Of a DNA stretch of 49,237 nt, positions 14,865 through 25,305 are shown piece by piece. The first letter of the stretch is position 1; each line of letters begins with the position of its first letter. The translations under genes and the position numbers were made by a program. This DNA comes from Mycobacteriales bacterium (lineage in GTDB: Bacteria; Actinomycetota; Actinomycetes; JALYNC01): the NCBI GenBank assembly GCA_038253225.1, contig JBBSHH010000005.1, positions 1 through 49,237 on the forward strand, given 5' to 3'. The notes under the pieces were generated by a model. The model saw only the letters and a program-made list of their open reading frames with translations, had not been told where the DNA came from and ran no database searches.

Positions 14865-15464
14865 ATGCCAGGACCCCAGCGCCGCGGCAGCACCGCCGGC
14901 GGCAACGATCGGCGGGATCGCCGGGATGGCCGGGGTGCCGCGGCGGAGAAAACGGCCTACGTCGAGCGGGTCGTCGCCATCAACCGGGTCGCCAAGGTCG
15001 TCAAGGGTGGTCGCCGGTTCAGCTTCACCGCGCTGGTCGTCGTCGGGGACGGCGACGGCGCCGTCGGCGTCGGCTACGGCAAGGCCAAGGAGGTGCCGGC
15101 CGCGATCGCCAAGGGCGTCGAGGAGGCCAAGAAGCACTTCTTCAAGGTCCCGCGGATCGCCGGCACCATCCCGCACCCGATCGTGGGTCGGGCCGCGGCC
15201 GGCGAGGTCATGCTCCGTCCCGCCAGCCCCGGCACCGGTGTAATCGCCGGCGGCCCGGTCCGCGCGGTGCTCGAGTGCGCCGGTATCCACGACGTGCTCT
15301 CGAAGTCGCTCGGCTCCTCGAACGCCATCAACATCGTGCACGCCACGGTGGCGGCGCTGAAGGGCCTGAGCCGCCCGGAGGAGATCGCCGCCCGCCGCGG
15401 GCTGCCGATCGAGGACGTCGCTCCGGCCGCCATGCTGCGCGCCCGCGCCGCCGCGGGGGTCTGA
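14865..15464 (+). CDS. rpsE: 30S ribosomal protein S5
   Basis: [33 protein letters not shown]; ATG after AAGGA. Confidence 0.98.
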   Translation: MPGPQRRGSTAGGNDRRDRRDGRGAAAEKTAYVERVVAINRVAKVVKGGRRFSFTALVVVGDGDGAVGVGYGKAKEVPAAIAKGVEEAKKHFFKVPRIAGTIPHPIVGRAAAGEVMLRPASPGTGVIAGGPVRAVLECAGIHDVLSKSLGSSNAINIVHATVAALKGLSRPEEIAARRGLPIEDVAPAAMLRARAAAGV

Positions 15465-15465
15465 G

Positions 15466-15681
15466 GTGGCCCAAATCAAGATCACGCAGGTGCGCTCCGG
15501 CATCGGTGGCCAGCGCAACCAGCGCGAGACGCTGCGCACGCTGGGATTGCGCCGGCTGCGCGACTCCGCGGTCCAGGAGGACCGGCCCGAGATCCGCGGG
15601 ATGGTCGCGACCGTCGCCCACCTGGTGACGGTCGAGGAGGTCGGGCCGGCCAGCGGCGCCGACGAGGAGGGTTCGCCATGA
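15466..15681 (+). CDS. rpmD: 50S ribosomal protein L30
   Basis: [24 protein letters not shown]. Confidence 0.97.
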   Translation: MAQIKITQVRSGIGGQRNQRETLRTLGLRRLRDSAVQEDRPEIRGMVATVAHLVTVEEVGPASGADEEGSP

Positions 15682-16118
15682 CGCTCAAGGTCCACCACCT
15701 GCGCCCCGCACCGGGGTCCCGCACCGCGCGGACCCGGGTCGGTCGCGGCGAAGGCTCCAAGGGGCAGTCCTCCGGTCGCGGCACCAAGGGCACCAAGGCC
15801 CGCTACCAGGTGCCCGCCCGGTTCGAGGGTGGCCAGATGCCGCTGCACATGCGGCTGCCCAAGCTCAAGGGGTTCACGAACCGGTTCCGGACCGAATACC
15901 AGGTGGTCAACCTGGACCGGCTCGGCCAACTGTTCCCGGACGGCGGCAGCGTCGGCGTCGAGGACCTGGTCGCCCGCGGGGCGGTCCGGTCCGACTCGCT
16001 GGTCAAGGTGCTCGGGACCGGCGAGCTCGGGGTCGCGCTGCAGGTCCGGGCGCATGCCTTCTCCGGTGCCGCCCGCGAGAAGATCGCGGCCGCCGGCGGG
16101 ACCGCCACGAAGATCTAG
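15678..16118 (+). CDS. rplO: 50S ribosomal protein L15
   Basis: [24 protein letters not shown]. Confidence 0.98.
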   Translation: MTLKVHHLRPAPGSRTARTRVGRGEGSKGQSSGRGTKGTKARYQVPARFEGGQMPLHMRLPKLKGFTNRFRTEYQVVNLDRLGQLFPDGGSVGVEDLVARGAVRSDSLVKVLGTGELGVALQVRAHAFSGAAREKIAAAGGTATKI

Positions 16119-16204
16119 CCGGCGCAGCTGCCCGCCGTCGGAGCCCGGCGGCTCCGGTCGGGCCGCGGCGGTTCCCTGGTCGGCCCCGGGCGCGTCATGC
16201 AGAC

Positions 16205-16213
16205 TGTTAGAGT
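16205..16213 (+). promoter_or_regulatory. Candidate extended -10 element for secY
   Basis: TGT-TAGAGT in the 250-bp rplO-secY gap. Confidence 0.45.
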
Positions 16214-16367
16214 CCTCGTGTCGGTGCCGAGCCGGTAAAGCCTCGGCCGACCGGCGCGACGGCGCCAGCAGCCCTGCGGCCACCCGGTCGCCGGTACCAC
16301 CGTCCGCCCACCGCCCCGCCCACAGACCCGGCTGGGCCGACCTCGCGGGATCCGCGCAGGAGGAGCC

Positions 16368-17666
16368 GTGCTCACCGCCTTCGGCCGGGCCTTCCGGACG
16401 CCAGACCTGCGCAACAAGATGCTGTTCGTCATCGGCATCATCGCGCTGTACCGGCTCGGCTCGGTGGTGCCGTCCCCGGGCGTCGACTACCAGGCCATCC
16501 ACAGCTGCATCAAGCAGACCGAGAACTCCACCGTCTACACGCTGGTCAACCTCTTCAGCGGCGGCGCGCTGCTCCAGCTGTCGATCTTCGCGCTCGGGAT
16601 CATGCCGTACATCACCAGCAGCATCATCGTGCAGCTGCTGATCGTGGTGATTCCGCGGCTCGAGGCGCTGAAGAAGGAAGGGCAGTCCGGACAGGCCAAG
16701 CTCACCCAGTACACCCGCTACCTCACGATCGCACTCGCGATCCTGCAGTCCACCGGGATCGCGGCGCTGGCCCGCGGCGTACCGAGCAACCTGTTCCCGT
16801 CCTGCAACCAGGCGCTGCTGGTGGACACGTCGGTGTTCCGGATCACCACGCTCGTGCTCACCATGACCGCGGGCACTGCGGTGATCATGTGGCTGGGCGA
16901 GCTGATCACCGACCGCGGCATCGGGAACGGCATGTCGATCCTCATCTTCACCTCGATCTCGGCCCGGCTGCCCGCCCAGGGTGGCCGGATCCTGCAGACC
17001 AAGGGCGGTTTCGTCTTCGGCCTGGTCCTGGCGCTGGGCATCGTGATCGTCGCATCGGTGGTCTTCGTCGAGCAGGCCCAGCGGCGGATCCCCGTGCAGT
17101 ACGCCAAGCGCATGATCGGCCGGCGGATGTACGGCGGCACCTCGACGTACCTGCCGCTGAAGGTCAACCAGGCCGGCGTCATCCCGGTGATCTTCGCGTC
17201 GTCGCTGCTCTACCTCCCGCAGCTGCTGGCCAACGTGTGGCGGAGCAACACCGGCTTCCAGACCTTCGTGCAGCACTACCTGGTCAGGAGCGACAGCCCG
17301 GTCTACCTGCTCACGTACTTCTCGCTGATCCTGTTCTTCACGTACTTCTACGTGGCGATCACGTTCAACCCGACCGAGGTGTCGGACAACATGAAGAAGT
17401 ACGGCGGCTTCGTGCCCGGCATCCGCCCGGGCCGGCCGACCGCCGAGTACCTCGACTACATCCTGTCCCGGATCACCCTGCCTGGCGCGATCTATCTCGG
17501 CATCATCGCGGTCATCCCGTACGTCGCGCTGGCCTTCCTTGGCAGCAGCGAGCAGTTCCCGTTCGGCGGCACGGCGATCCTCATCCTCGTCGGCGTCGGC
17601 CTTGACACCGTGAAGCAGATCGAGAGCCAGCTGATGCTGCGCAACTACGAGGGCTTCCTCCGGTAG
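16368..17666 (+). CDS. secY: Preprotein translocase subunit SecY
   Basis: [31 protein letters not shown]; many hydrophobic segments. Confidence 0.99.
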   Translation: MLTAFGRAFRTPDLRNKMLFVIGIIALYRLGSVVPSPGVDYQAIHSCIKQTENSTVYTLVNLFSGGALLQLSIFALGIMPYITSSIIVQLLIVVIPRLEALKKEGQSGQAKLTQYTRYLTIALAILQSTGIAALARGVPSNLFPSCNQALLVDTSVFRITTLVLTMTAGTAVIMWLGELITDRGIGNGMSILIFTSISARLPAQGGRILQTKGGFVFGLVLALGIVIVASVVFVEQAQRRIPVQYAKRMIGRRMYGGTSTYLPLKVNQAGVIPVIFASSLLYLPQLLANVWRSNTGFQTFVQHYLVRSDSPVYLLTYFSLILFFTYFYVAITFNPTEVSDNMKKYGGFVPGIRPGRPTAEYLDYILSRITLPGAIYLGIIAVIPYVALAFLGSSEQFPFGGTAILILVGVGLDTVKQIESQLMLRNYEGFLR

Positions 17667-18319
17667 TGCGCCTCGTCCTCGTCGGGCCTCCGGGAGCGGG
17701 AAAGGGGACCCAGGCCCAGTACATCGCGTCGCACCTGTCGATCCCGAAGATCTCGACCGGCGACATCTTCCGGGCCAACGTCAGCCAGGGCACCGAGCTG
17801 GGCACGCAGGCCAAGGCCTACATGGACTCCGGAGACCTGGTGCCGGACGCGGTCACCATCGAGATGGTGCGCGACCGGTTGTCCGAGGACGACGCGGTCA
17901 AGGGGTTCCTGCTCGACGGCTTCCCTCGCAACGTGCCGCAGGCGCAGGTCCTCGAGGACATGCTGCTGGAGATGGGAGCCCGGCTCGACGTGGTGCTGGA
18001 GCTCGTGGTCGACGACGACGAAGTGGTGCGCCGGCTCTCCGGGCGGCGTACCTGCCGAGCGTGCAACCACGTCTGGCACGTCGATTTCGACCCGCCCGCG
18101 GTCGAGGGCGTCTGTGACCGATGCGGAGGCGAGCTGTTCCAGCGCGACGACGACCGGGAGGAGACGATCCGGCACCGGCTCGAGGTCTACGCCGCGCAGA
18201 CCGCGCCGCTCATCGCGCTCTACGCCGAGCAGCGCATCCTGGTGGGGTTGGACGCGATGGGGCCGGTGGACGATGTGACCGACCGGGCGGTCGCGGCGTT
18301 GCGGCCGTACGGTCGATGA
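17666..18319 (+). CDS. adk: Adenylate kinase with Cys4 Zn-type LID
   Basis: [24 protein letters not shown]; CRAC and CDRC. Confidence 0.98.
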   Translation: MRLVLVGPPGAGKGTQAQYIASHLSIPKISTGDIFRANVSQGTELGTQAKAYMDSGDLVPDAVTIEMVRDRLSEDDAVKGFLLDGFPRNVPQAQVLEDMLLEMGARLDVVLELVVDDDEVVRRLSGRRTCRACNHVWHVDFDPPAVEGVCDRCGGELFQRDDDREETIRHRLEVYAAQTAPLIALYAEQRILVGLDAMGPVDDVTDRAVAALRPYGR

Positions 18320-18356
18320 GGTCCGGGTGGGCGGCATGGGGAGAGGGCAGCGACGG

Positions 18357-19175
18357 ATGATCCAGATCAAGACCGAGGTCGAGATCGCCAAGATGCGAAC
18401 GGCCGGTCTGGTCGTGGGCCGCACCCTCGAGGAGCTGCGGGACGCCGTCCGGCCGGGCCTGACCACCGCGGACCTGGATGCGCTCGCTGCGGCGGCGATC
18501 CGGGCGGCCGGCGCGGTGCCGTCGTTCCTCGGCTACCGCGGCTTCCCGGCCGTCATCTGCACCTCGGTCAACGACGAGATCGTGCACGGCATCCCCAGTC
18601 CGCGCCGGGTGCTGCGGGAGGGCGACATCGTCTCGATCGACTGCGGCGCGATCGTCGACGGCTATCACGGTGACGCCGCCATCACCGTCCCGGTGGGCGA
18701 GGTCGCGCCGGAGCTGACCGAACTGATGCGGGTGTGCGAGGAGTCGATGTGGCGGGGCTTCGCCGCGGCGTCGCTCGGCGGCCGGCTCTCCGACATCAGC
18801 GCCGGGGTGGAGCGCTACATCCGGGCGCAGCCGCATCGCTACGGCATCGTCGAGGAGTACGTCGGGCACGGCATCGGCACCGAGATGCACCAGGACCCCC
18901 AGCTGCCCAACTACGCGCCGAAGGGTCCGGGCCGCGGTCCGAAGCTGGTCCGCGGGCTGGCGCTCGCGGTCGAGCCGATGGTCAACTTGGGTGCCCAGCA
19001 CACCCGGGTGCTCGGCGACAGGTGGACGGTGGTGACCGCGGACGGTCTCCCGTCGGCGCACTTCGAGCACACGTTTACCCTCACCGACGACGGCCCGTGG
19101 GTGCTGACGGCCCTGGATGGCGGGCGGTCCCGGTTGCAGCCGCTGCTGGCGGCTGCCGGGCCGGCCGGTCGCTGA
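18357..19175 (+). CDS. map: Type I methionine aminopeptidase (alternative start 18336)
   Basis: SVNDEIVHGIP, GHGIG, EPM, SAHFEHT. Confidence 0.96.
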   Translation: MIQIKTEVEIAKMRTAGLVVGRTLEELRDAVRPGLTTADLDALAAAAIRAAGAVPSFLGYRGFPAVICTSVNDEIVHGIPSPRRVLREGDIVSIDCGAIVDGYHGDAAITVPVGEVAPELTELMRVCEESMWRGFAAASLGGRLSDISAGVERYIRAQPHRYGIVEEYVGHGIGTEMHQDPQLPNYAPKGPGRGPKLVRGLALAVEPMVNLGAQHTRVLGDRWTVVTADGLPSAHFEHTFTLTDDGPWVLTALDGGRSRLQPLLAAAGPAGR

Positions 19176-19194
19176 ACCCCGGGCAGCCGGACCG

Positions 19195-19620
19195 ATGTCC
19201 ACCGACCCCTCGATCCGCGCCGGCGACGACGACCGCGAGCGGGTCGCAGCGGCGCTGCGGGAGCACTACGCCGCCGGTCGGATTAGCGCTGAGGAGCTCG
19301 AGGAGCGGCTGACCGCTACCTGGTCGGCGCGGACCGTCGGGGAGCTGCAGGTGCAGATCGCGGACCTACCGCCGGAGCACGAGGTGTACGAGCTGCCGGT
19401 GCCCGCGCGGCCGGTCGGGTCGGCGGTGCACCACCAGGCCGGCCGGGTGGACCGTCATGACCAGGCGCTGCGGGCCCGGCTGGCCTCCTACGTCGGGCTG
19501 GTCGCGCTGATGCTGGTGATCTGGGTGGCCAGCGGCGGCGGGTACTTCTGGCCGATCTGGGTGATCGCGCCGGGCGGGATCGGGCTGCTCACCTCGGTGC
19601 TGCGCGGGCGGGACCGGTGA
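19195..19620 (+). CDS. DUF1707 (SHOCT-like) protein with C-terminal two-TM region
   Basis: RAGDDDRERVAAALREHYAAGRISAEELEERL; GYFWPIW hydrophobic hairpin. Confidence 0.8.
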   Translation: MSTDPSIRAGDDDRERVAAALREHYAAGRISAEELEERLTATWSARTVGELQVQIADLPPEHEVYELPVPARPVGSAVHHQAGRVDRHDQALRARLASYVGLVALMLVIWVASGGGYFWPIWVIAPGGIGLLTSVLRGRDR

Positions 19621-20165
19621 GCGTGCGTCCGGTCGGGCGGCTGGTCACGCTGCGCCCGCTCACCCGTGCCGACCTCGAGCTGTTCGACGGCTGGCACCTC
19701 GACGGGAGGCTGGCGAGTGAGTTCGACACGTTCGGGCTTCGACGCGCGGAACGGCACCGTGGTGCGTACGAGGAGACCGGGCTGCTCACCGAGGACGGGG
19801 GAGACCTGGTCGTCATGACGACCGACGGCGCGGAGCCGGTCGGTGACGTCCAGTGGCATGCCGTGCGGTATGGCCCCAACCGGGGCTCCATCGCGCTGAA
19901 CATCGGCATCACCTTGCGGACCGATGCCCGGGGACGTGGCTACGGCAGCGAGGCGCAGGCGCTGCTCGCGGCGTACCTGCTCGGCTGGACCACCGCGAAC
20001 CGGATCGAGGCCAGCACCGACCTCGCCAACCTGGCCGAGCAGCGGGCGCTCGAGCGGGCCGGATTCACCCGGGAGGGCGTGCTGCGGGGGGCGAGCTTCC
20101 GGTCCGGCGCGTACCACGACATGGTGTCCTTCAGCCGGCTGCGCTCCGACCAGCCGCCCCGCTGA
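19617..20165 (+). CDS. GNAT N-acetyltransferase, RimJ/RimL-like
   Basis: ARGRGYGSEA acetyl-CoA motif, NLAEQRALERAGFTREGVLR; GTGA overlap. Confidence 0.88.
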   Translation: MSVRPVGRLVTLRPLTRADLELFDGWHLDGRLASEFDTFGLRRAERHRGAYEETGLLTEDGGDLVVMTTDGAEPVGDVQWHAVRYGPNRGSIALNIGITLRTDARGRGYGSEAQALLAAYLLGWTTANRIEASTDLANLAEQRALERAGFTREGVLRGASFRSGAYHDMVSFSRLRSDQPPR

Positions 20166-20375
20166 GACCGGCCGGGGCCGGGGCTCGGCGGGCTTGGCCG
20201 CCGGGCCGGCGACCACGTACACTGACGCCTCGGCCCCGGTGTCGGGCCGCTCACGGCTGCCGTGAGCTGGCCGTTCGCAGGAACGGGCGCCCGCACCAGT
20301 CCGTACGACGAGCAGTTTCGGCGTGCGAGCAGCCCGACACCATCATGAGCACCAGCGAGGCGGAACGCGGAGGAC

Positions 20376-20597
20376 ATGCCGAAGAAGGAAGGCGCCATCG
20401 AGATCGAGGGTCAGGTCGTCGAGCCGTTGCCGAACGCGATGTTCCGCGTCGAGCTGGCGAACGGCCACCGGGTCCTCGCTCACATCAGCGGCAAGATGCG
20501 GATGCACTACATCCGCATCCTCCCGGGCGACCGGGTGGTCGTGGAGCTCAGCCCCTACGACCTGTCGCGAGGGCGCATCGTCTACCGCTACAAGTAA
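20376..20597 (+). CDS. infA: Translation initiation factor IF-1
   Basis: [29 protein letters not shown]. Confidence 0.99.
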   Translation: MPKKEGAIEIEGQVVEPLPNAMFRVELANGHRVLAHISGKMRMHYIRILPGDRVVVELSPYDLSRGRIVYRYK

Positions 20598-20660
20598 GCC
20601 GGCTCCTGCCGGACCGAAGGGCACGGCGACCCCGGTCGCTGTCATGAGGAGAAGCAGCGA

Positions 20661-20774
20661 ATGAAGGTCAAGCCGAGCGTCAAGAAGATCTGCGACAAGT
20701 GCAAGGTGATCCGCCGGCACGGGCGGGTCATGGTGATCTGCGACAACCTGCGTCACAAGCAGCGGCAGGGCTGA
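20661..20774 (+). CDS. rpmJ: 50S ribosomal protein L36 (absent from ORF track, 37 aa)
   Basis: Manual translation [37 protein letters not shown]; GAGGAG upstream. Confidence 0.99.
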   Translation: MKVKPSVKKICDKCKVIRRHGRVMVICDNLRHKQRQG

Positions 20775-20966
20775 CCGGCCACCCCACTGGCCCCTCACCG
20801 AGCCGCACAACCGTCGGCACAACAGCGGCACAACCAGCCGCACCAGAGCGCGCACCACCGTCCCGACCTCGGTCGGCGGCGGATCCCCGGTCGGAGGCCG
20901 GGGCCCGGCCCGGGCAGGCCGGGACGGTGCGGGCTGGAGACCTCCGCAAGCACAAGGAGTTCGCCC

Positions 20967-21347
20967 ATGGCTCGCCTCGTCGGCGTCGACCTTCCGCGCG
21001 ACAAGCGCATGGAGGTCGCGCTCACCTACATCTTCGGCATCGGCCGCACCCGAGCGCTCGAGACGCTGCAGGGCACCGGTGTCAGCCCCGACCTTCGGTC
21101 CCGCGACCTGTCCGACGACGACGTCGTTCGACTGCGGGACTGGATCGAGGCGAACTACAAGACCGAGGGCGACCTGCGCCGCGAGGTGCAGGCCGACATC
21201 CGGCGCAAGATCGAGATTGGTTGCTACCAGGGCATCCGGCACCGCCGCGGGCTCCCGGTCCACGGTCAGCGCACACACACCAACGCCCGGACCCGCAAGG
21301 GTCCGCGCAAGGCCGTGGCCGGGAAGAAGAAGGTCGGCAAGAAGTAG
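20967..21347 (+). CDS. rpsM: 30S ribosomal protein S13
   Basis: [31 protein letters not shown]. Confidence 0.99.
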   Translation: MARLVGVDLPRDKRMEVALTYIFGIGRTRALETLQGTGVSPDLRSRDLSDDDVVRLRDWIEANYKTEGDLRREVQADIRRKIEIGCYQGIRHRRGLPVHGQRTHTNARTRKGPRKAVAGKKKVGKK

Positions 21348-21418
21348 CCCCAGCACGCCCGCCGTCCCTCACCGGGCGACTGGACCGATGACCTCGTTTC
21401 CTTAGGAGACCGCAGCAG

Positions 21419-21823
21419 ATGCCCCCCAAGACCCGCGCGGGTGCCGCCAAGAAGGTGCGCCGCAAGGAGAAGAAGAACATTGCCCACGGACACGCGCACA
21501 TCAAGAGCACGTTCAACAACACGATCGTGTCGATCACCGATCCGAACGGCAACGTGATCTCGTGGGCCAGCGCCGGCCACGTCGGCTTCAAGGGCTCCCG
21601 CAAGTCCACGCCGTACGCCGCGCAGATGGCGGCGGAGTCGGCCGCCCGCAAGGCGCAGGAGCACGGGATGCGCAAGGTCGACGTCTTCGTCAAGGGCCCC
21701 GGCTCCGGCCGGGAAACCGCCATCCGGTCGCTGTCCGCGACGGGGCTCGAGGTCGGGCAGATCTCCGACGTGACACCAACTCCCCACAACGGGTGCCGCC
21801 CCCCGAAGCGGCGGAGGGTTTGA
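21419..21823 (+). CDS. rpsK: 30S ribosomal protein S11
   Basis: [38 protein letters not shown]. Confidence 0.99.
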   Translation: MPPKTRAGAAKKVRRKEKKNIAHGHAHIKSTFNNTIVSITDPNGNVISWASAGHVGFKGSRKSTPYAAQMAAESAARKAQEHGMRKVDVFVKGPGSGRETAIRSLSATGLEVGQISDVTPTPHNGCRPPKRRRV

Positions 21824-21828
21824 TCTAG

Positions 21829-22455
21829 ATGGCCAGGTACACCGGTGCGGACTGCAGGCGCTGCCGCCGCGAGAAGATGAAGCTGTTCCTCAAGGGCTCC
21901 AAGTGCGAGTCGCCGAAGTGCCCGATCGAGATCCGGCCGTACCCGCCGGGCGAGCACGGTCGGGGTCGGACCAAGGACAGCGAGTACCTCCTGCAGATGC
22001 GGGAGAAGCAGAAGTGCGCCCGGATCTACGGCGTTCTCGAGAAGCAGTTCCGCGGCTACTACGAGGAGGCGAACCGCAAGCAGGGCAAGACCGGTGAGAA
22101 CCTGCTGCGCCTGCTCGAGAGCCGCCTCGACAACGTGGTCTACCGCGCCGGGTTCGCCAAGAGCCGAGACATGGCCCGCCAACTGGTTCGCCACGGGCAC
22201 CTGCTCGTCAACGGCGGCAAGGTGGACATCCCGTCGTACCGCGTCGGCGAGAACGACATCATCGAGGTCCGGGCCGCGTCCCTGGAGCTGACCCCGTTCA
22301 TCATCGCGCGGGCCGAGGCCGGCAGCCGGCCGGTGCCGGCCTGGCTCGAGGTCATCGCGAACCGGATGCGCATCCTCGTGCACGCCCTCCCGGCCCGGCA
22401 GGTCATCGACACGCCGGTCCAGGAGCAGCTCATCGTCGAGCTCTACTCCAAGTAG
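21829..22455 (+). CDS. rpsD: 30S ribosomal protein S4, Cys-containing Zn-type form
   Basis: [42 protein letters not shown]. Confidence 0.99.
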   Translation: MARYTGADCRRCRREKMKLFLKGSKCESPKCPIEIRPYPPGEHGRGRTKDSEYLLQMREKQKCARIYGVLEKQFRGYYEEANRKQGKTGENLLRLLESRLDNVVYRAGFAKSRDMARQLVRHGHLLVNGGKVDIPSYRVGENDIIEVRAASLELTPFIIARAEAGSRPVPAWLEVIANRMRILVHALPARQVIDTPVQEQLIVELYSK

Positions 22456-22520
22456 CGCTCGACGGCCTGTCACCCCCTACGGGCCTCAAATAGCGGTGGC
22501 CCACCAAGGAGTTCGCTTCC

Positions 22521-23543
22521 ATGCTCATCGCCCAGCGCCCCACCCTCGTCGAGGAGCCCGTCGACGAGGCCCGTTCCCGCTTCGTCATCGAGCCGCTCGA
22601 GCCTGGCTTCGGATACACCCTCGGCAACTCGCTGCGGCGCACGCTGCTCTCCTCGATCCCCGGCGCGGCGGTCACCAGCATCCGGGTCGAGGGGGTCCTG
22701 CACGAGTTCACCACCGTGCCGGGCGTCAAGGAGGACGTCACCGACCTCATCCTCAACATCAAGGAGCTGGTCGTCTCCAGCGAGCATGACGAGCCGGCGG
22801 TGATGTACCTGCGCAAGCAGGGCCCCGGCGAGGTCACCGCCGCCGACATCGCGCCGCCGGCCGGCGTCGACGTGCACAACCCCGACCTGCACCTGGCCAC
22901 CCTCAACGGGAAGGCCAAGCTCGAGATCGAGCTGACGGTGGAGCGCGGTCGCGGCTACGTCTCCGCGGTGCAGAACAAGCAGGCCGGCCAGGAGATCGGC
23001 CGCATCCCGGTCGACTCGATCTACTCGCCGGTGCTCAAGGTCACCTACAAGGTCGAGGCCACCCGGGTCGAGCAGCGCACCGACTTCGACCGGCTGGTCG
23101 TGGACGTGGACACCAAGTCCTCGATGTCGCCGCGGGACGCGATGGCCAGCGCCGGCAAGACGCTGGTCGAGCTGTTCGGGCTGGCCCGCGAGCTCAACGT
23201 GGAGGCCGAGGGCATCGACATCGGGCCGTCGCCGGACCAGGCGGCGCTCGCCGCGGACCTGGCGCTGCCGATCGAGGAGCTCGACCTCACCGTGCGCTCC
23301 TACAACTGCCTCAAGCGCGAAGGCATCCACTCGGTCGGGGAGTTGGTGTCCCGCAGCGAGGCGGACCTGCTCGACATCCGCAACTTCGGGGCGAAGTCGA
23401 TCGACGAGGTGAAGGCCAAACTGCACGGGATGGGCTTGCAGCTCAAGGACTCCCCGCCCGGCTTCGACCCGGCCAACGTCGTCGACACCTACGGCGCCGA
23501 CGACTACGACGACCAGGGGTATGCCGAGACCGAGCAGCTCTGA
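22521..23543 (+). CDS. rpoA: RNA polymerase alpha subunit
   Basis: [39 protein letters not shown]. Confidence 0.99.
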   Translation: MLIAQRPTLVEEPVDEARSRFVIEPLEPGFGYTLGNSLRRTLLSSIPGAAVTSIRVEGVLHEFTTVPGVKEDVTDLILNIKELVVSSEHDEPAVMYLRKQGPGEVTAADIAPPAGVDVHNPDLHLATLNGKAKLEIELTVERGRGYVSAVQNKQAGQEIGRIPVDSIYSPVLKVTYKVEATRVEQRTDFDRLVVDVDTKSSMSPRDAMASAGKTLVELFGLARELNVEAEGIDIGPSPDQAALAADLALPIEELDLTVRSYNCLKREGIHSVGELVSRSEADLLDIRNFGAKSIDEVKAKLHGMGLQLKDSPPGFDPANVVDTYGADDYDDQGYAETEQL

Positions 23544-23594
23544 CCCGAGCGCCGGACGTCCACCCGGCACCCGATCCTCTAGGAGAGCGACGAC

Positions 23595-24365
23595 ATGCCC
23601 ACGCCCACGAAGGGCCCCCGTCTCGGCGGTGGTCCCGCGCACGAGCGGCTGATCCTGGCTAACCTCGCCACGGCGCTGTTCGAGCACGGCCACATCACCA
23701 CCACCCAGGCGAAGGCCAAGCGGCTGCGACCGCTGGCCGAGCGCCTGATCACCTTCGCTAAGCGCGGCGACCTGCACGCCCGCCGGCGGGTGCTCACGGT
23801 GGTCCGGGACCGGGGTGTCGTGCACACGCTGTTCGCCGACATCGGCCCGCGGTTCGCCGAGCGGCCGGGCGGCTACACCAGGATCACCAAGCTGGGTCCT
23901 CGCAAGGGCGACAACGCCCCGATGGCGGTCATCGCGCTGGTCGAGGGTCGGACCGTCGCGCAGCAGGCGGTCGGCGAGGCGGAGCGGGCCCGCGGCAGCC
24001 GGTTCCGCCGCGACATCCGCCCGACGGGTCGGTCTGCGCCGGCGACGGCGCCCGTACCGACGGCGACCGTACCGACGGCGCCCGTACCGACGGAGGGCGA
24101 GGCCGACGGCGCGGCCGGGGCAGCCGGGACCGGCGCCCCCACCGGCAGCCCGGACATTTCTGACCGGCCGCAGGTTCCGGTGCCCACCGAGGGGGGCGAC
24201 ACAGAGGTCGTGACCGAACCGGTCGACTCCGCGTCGGTGATCGGCGGGGACCAGCCGATGGCCGATCCGGCACGGGAGGCCGGTGACCAGCCGGCCGAGG
24301 GCACGACGTCGACCCAGACCGCCGACGCCGCCGGCACCGAGCCGGCCGAGGGCGACCGAGCCTGA
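23595..24365 (+). CDS. rplQ: 50S ribosomal protein L17 with long low-complexity C-terminal extension
   Basis: [32 protein letters not shown]. Confidence 0.97.
   Translation: MPTPTKGPRLGGGPAHERLILANLATALFEHGHITTTQAKAKRLRPLAERLITFAKRGDLHARRRVLTVVRDRGVVHTLFADIGPRFAERPGGYTRITKLGPRKGDNAPMAVIALVEGRTVAQQAVGEAERARGSRFRRDIRPTGRSAPATAPVPTATVPTAPVPTEGEADGAAGAAGTGAPTGSPDISDRPQVPVPTEGGDTEVVTEPVDSASVIGGDQPMADPAREAGDQPAEGTTSTQTADAAGTEPAEGDRA
24043..24093 (+). repeat. 15-bp in-frame tandem repeat in rplQ tail ([10 protein letters not shown] x3)
   Basis: cgacggcg(c/a)ccgtac at 24043, 24058, 24073. Confidence 0.9.
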
Positions 24366-25222
24366 CCTCCCTCGCCCCGACCGAGCCCGCCGACCCCACC
24401 GGGGACGGCGGGCTCGTTCGTCTGCGCTTCGACCTCGGCTACGACGGCACCGGGTTCGCCGGCTGGGCCCGCCAGCCGGGTCAGCGGACCGTACAGGGCG
24501 TCGTCGAGGACGCGATCGCGACGGTGCTCCATCTCGGCGCGGCGCCCCGTCTGGTCGTCGCCGGGCGTACCGACGCCGGTGTGCACGCCCGCGGTCAGGT
24601 GGCGCACCTGGACCTGGAGGCGGCGCTGGTGCCACCGGCGGTCCTCGATCGGGTCCCGGCCCGGCTCCTCGGCGTACTGCCCGCGGACGTCCGGGTACGC
24701 AGCGTCCTGCCGGCCGCGCCCGGCTTCGACGCCCGGTTCTCTGCGCTGGCGCGGCGCTACATCTACCGGGTCTGCGACGACCCGCTCGGCGCGGACCCGC
24801 TGCGCCGCTGGGACACGCTGCTGCACCCGCGTCCGCTCGACCTCGACCGGCTGGCCGCCGGATCCGTGCCGCTGCTCGGGGAACACGACTTCGCGCCGTT
24901 CTGCCGGCGTCGGGAGGGGGCGACGACCGTCCGCCGGCTGCAGCGACTGGACTGGTCTCGGGACACCGACGGCAGCGCCCTCGCCACCGTCGAGGCGGAC
25001 GCCTTCTGTCACTCGATGGTGCGATCGTTGGTCGGCGCGCTGCTGCCGGTGGGCGACGGTCGGCGCCCACCGGAGTGGCCCCGTGGCGTGCTCAGCGCGG
25101 GTGTTCGCGATCCGCGGGTCCCGGTCGCGCCGGCACACGGCCTCACGCTTGTCGCCGTCCGCTACCCGCCGGCCGCGGAGCTCGGGTCCCGGGCCGACAC
25201 GACCCGCCGGTTGCGCGGTTGA
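24362..25222 (+). CDS. truA: tRNA pseudouridine(38-40) synthase; proposed CTG start
   Basis: [27 protein letters not shown] lies upstream of the ORF-track start; [18 protein letters not shown]. Identity secure, start inferred. Confidence 0.93.
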   Translation: MTSLAPTEPADPTGDGGLVRLRFDLGYDGTGFAGWARQPGQRTVQGVVEDAIATVLHLGAAPRLVVAGRTDAGVHARGQVAHLDLEAALVPPAVLDRVPARLLGVLPADVRVRSVLPAAPGFDARFSALARRYIYRVCDDPLGADPLRRWDTLLHPRPLDLDRLAAGSVPLLGEHDFAPFCRRREGATTVRRLQRLDWSRDTDGSALATVEADAFCHSMVRSLVGALLPVGDGRRPPEWPRGVLSAGVRDPRVPVAPAHGLTLVAVRYPPAAELGSRADTTRRLRG

Positions 25223-25305
25223 TCGACCGTGGCCACGTCCCCGTTGGCCGACCGGGGCGGGAAAGCGCATGACGCCACCGCGGTCAGCCGGGAGACTTCT
25301 CGCCC

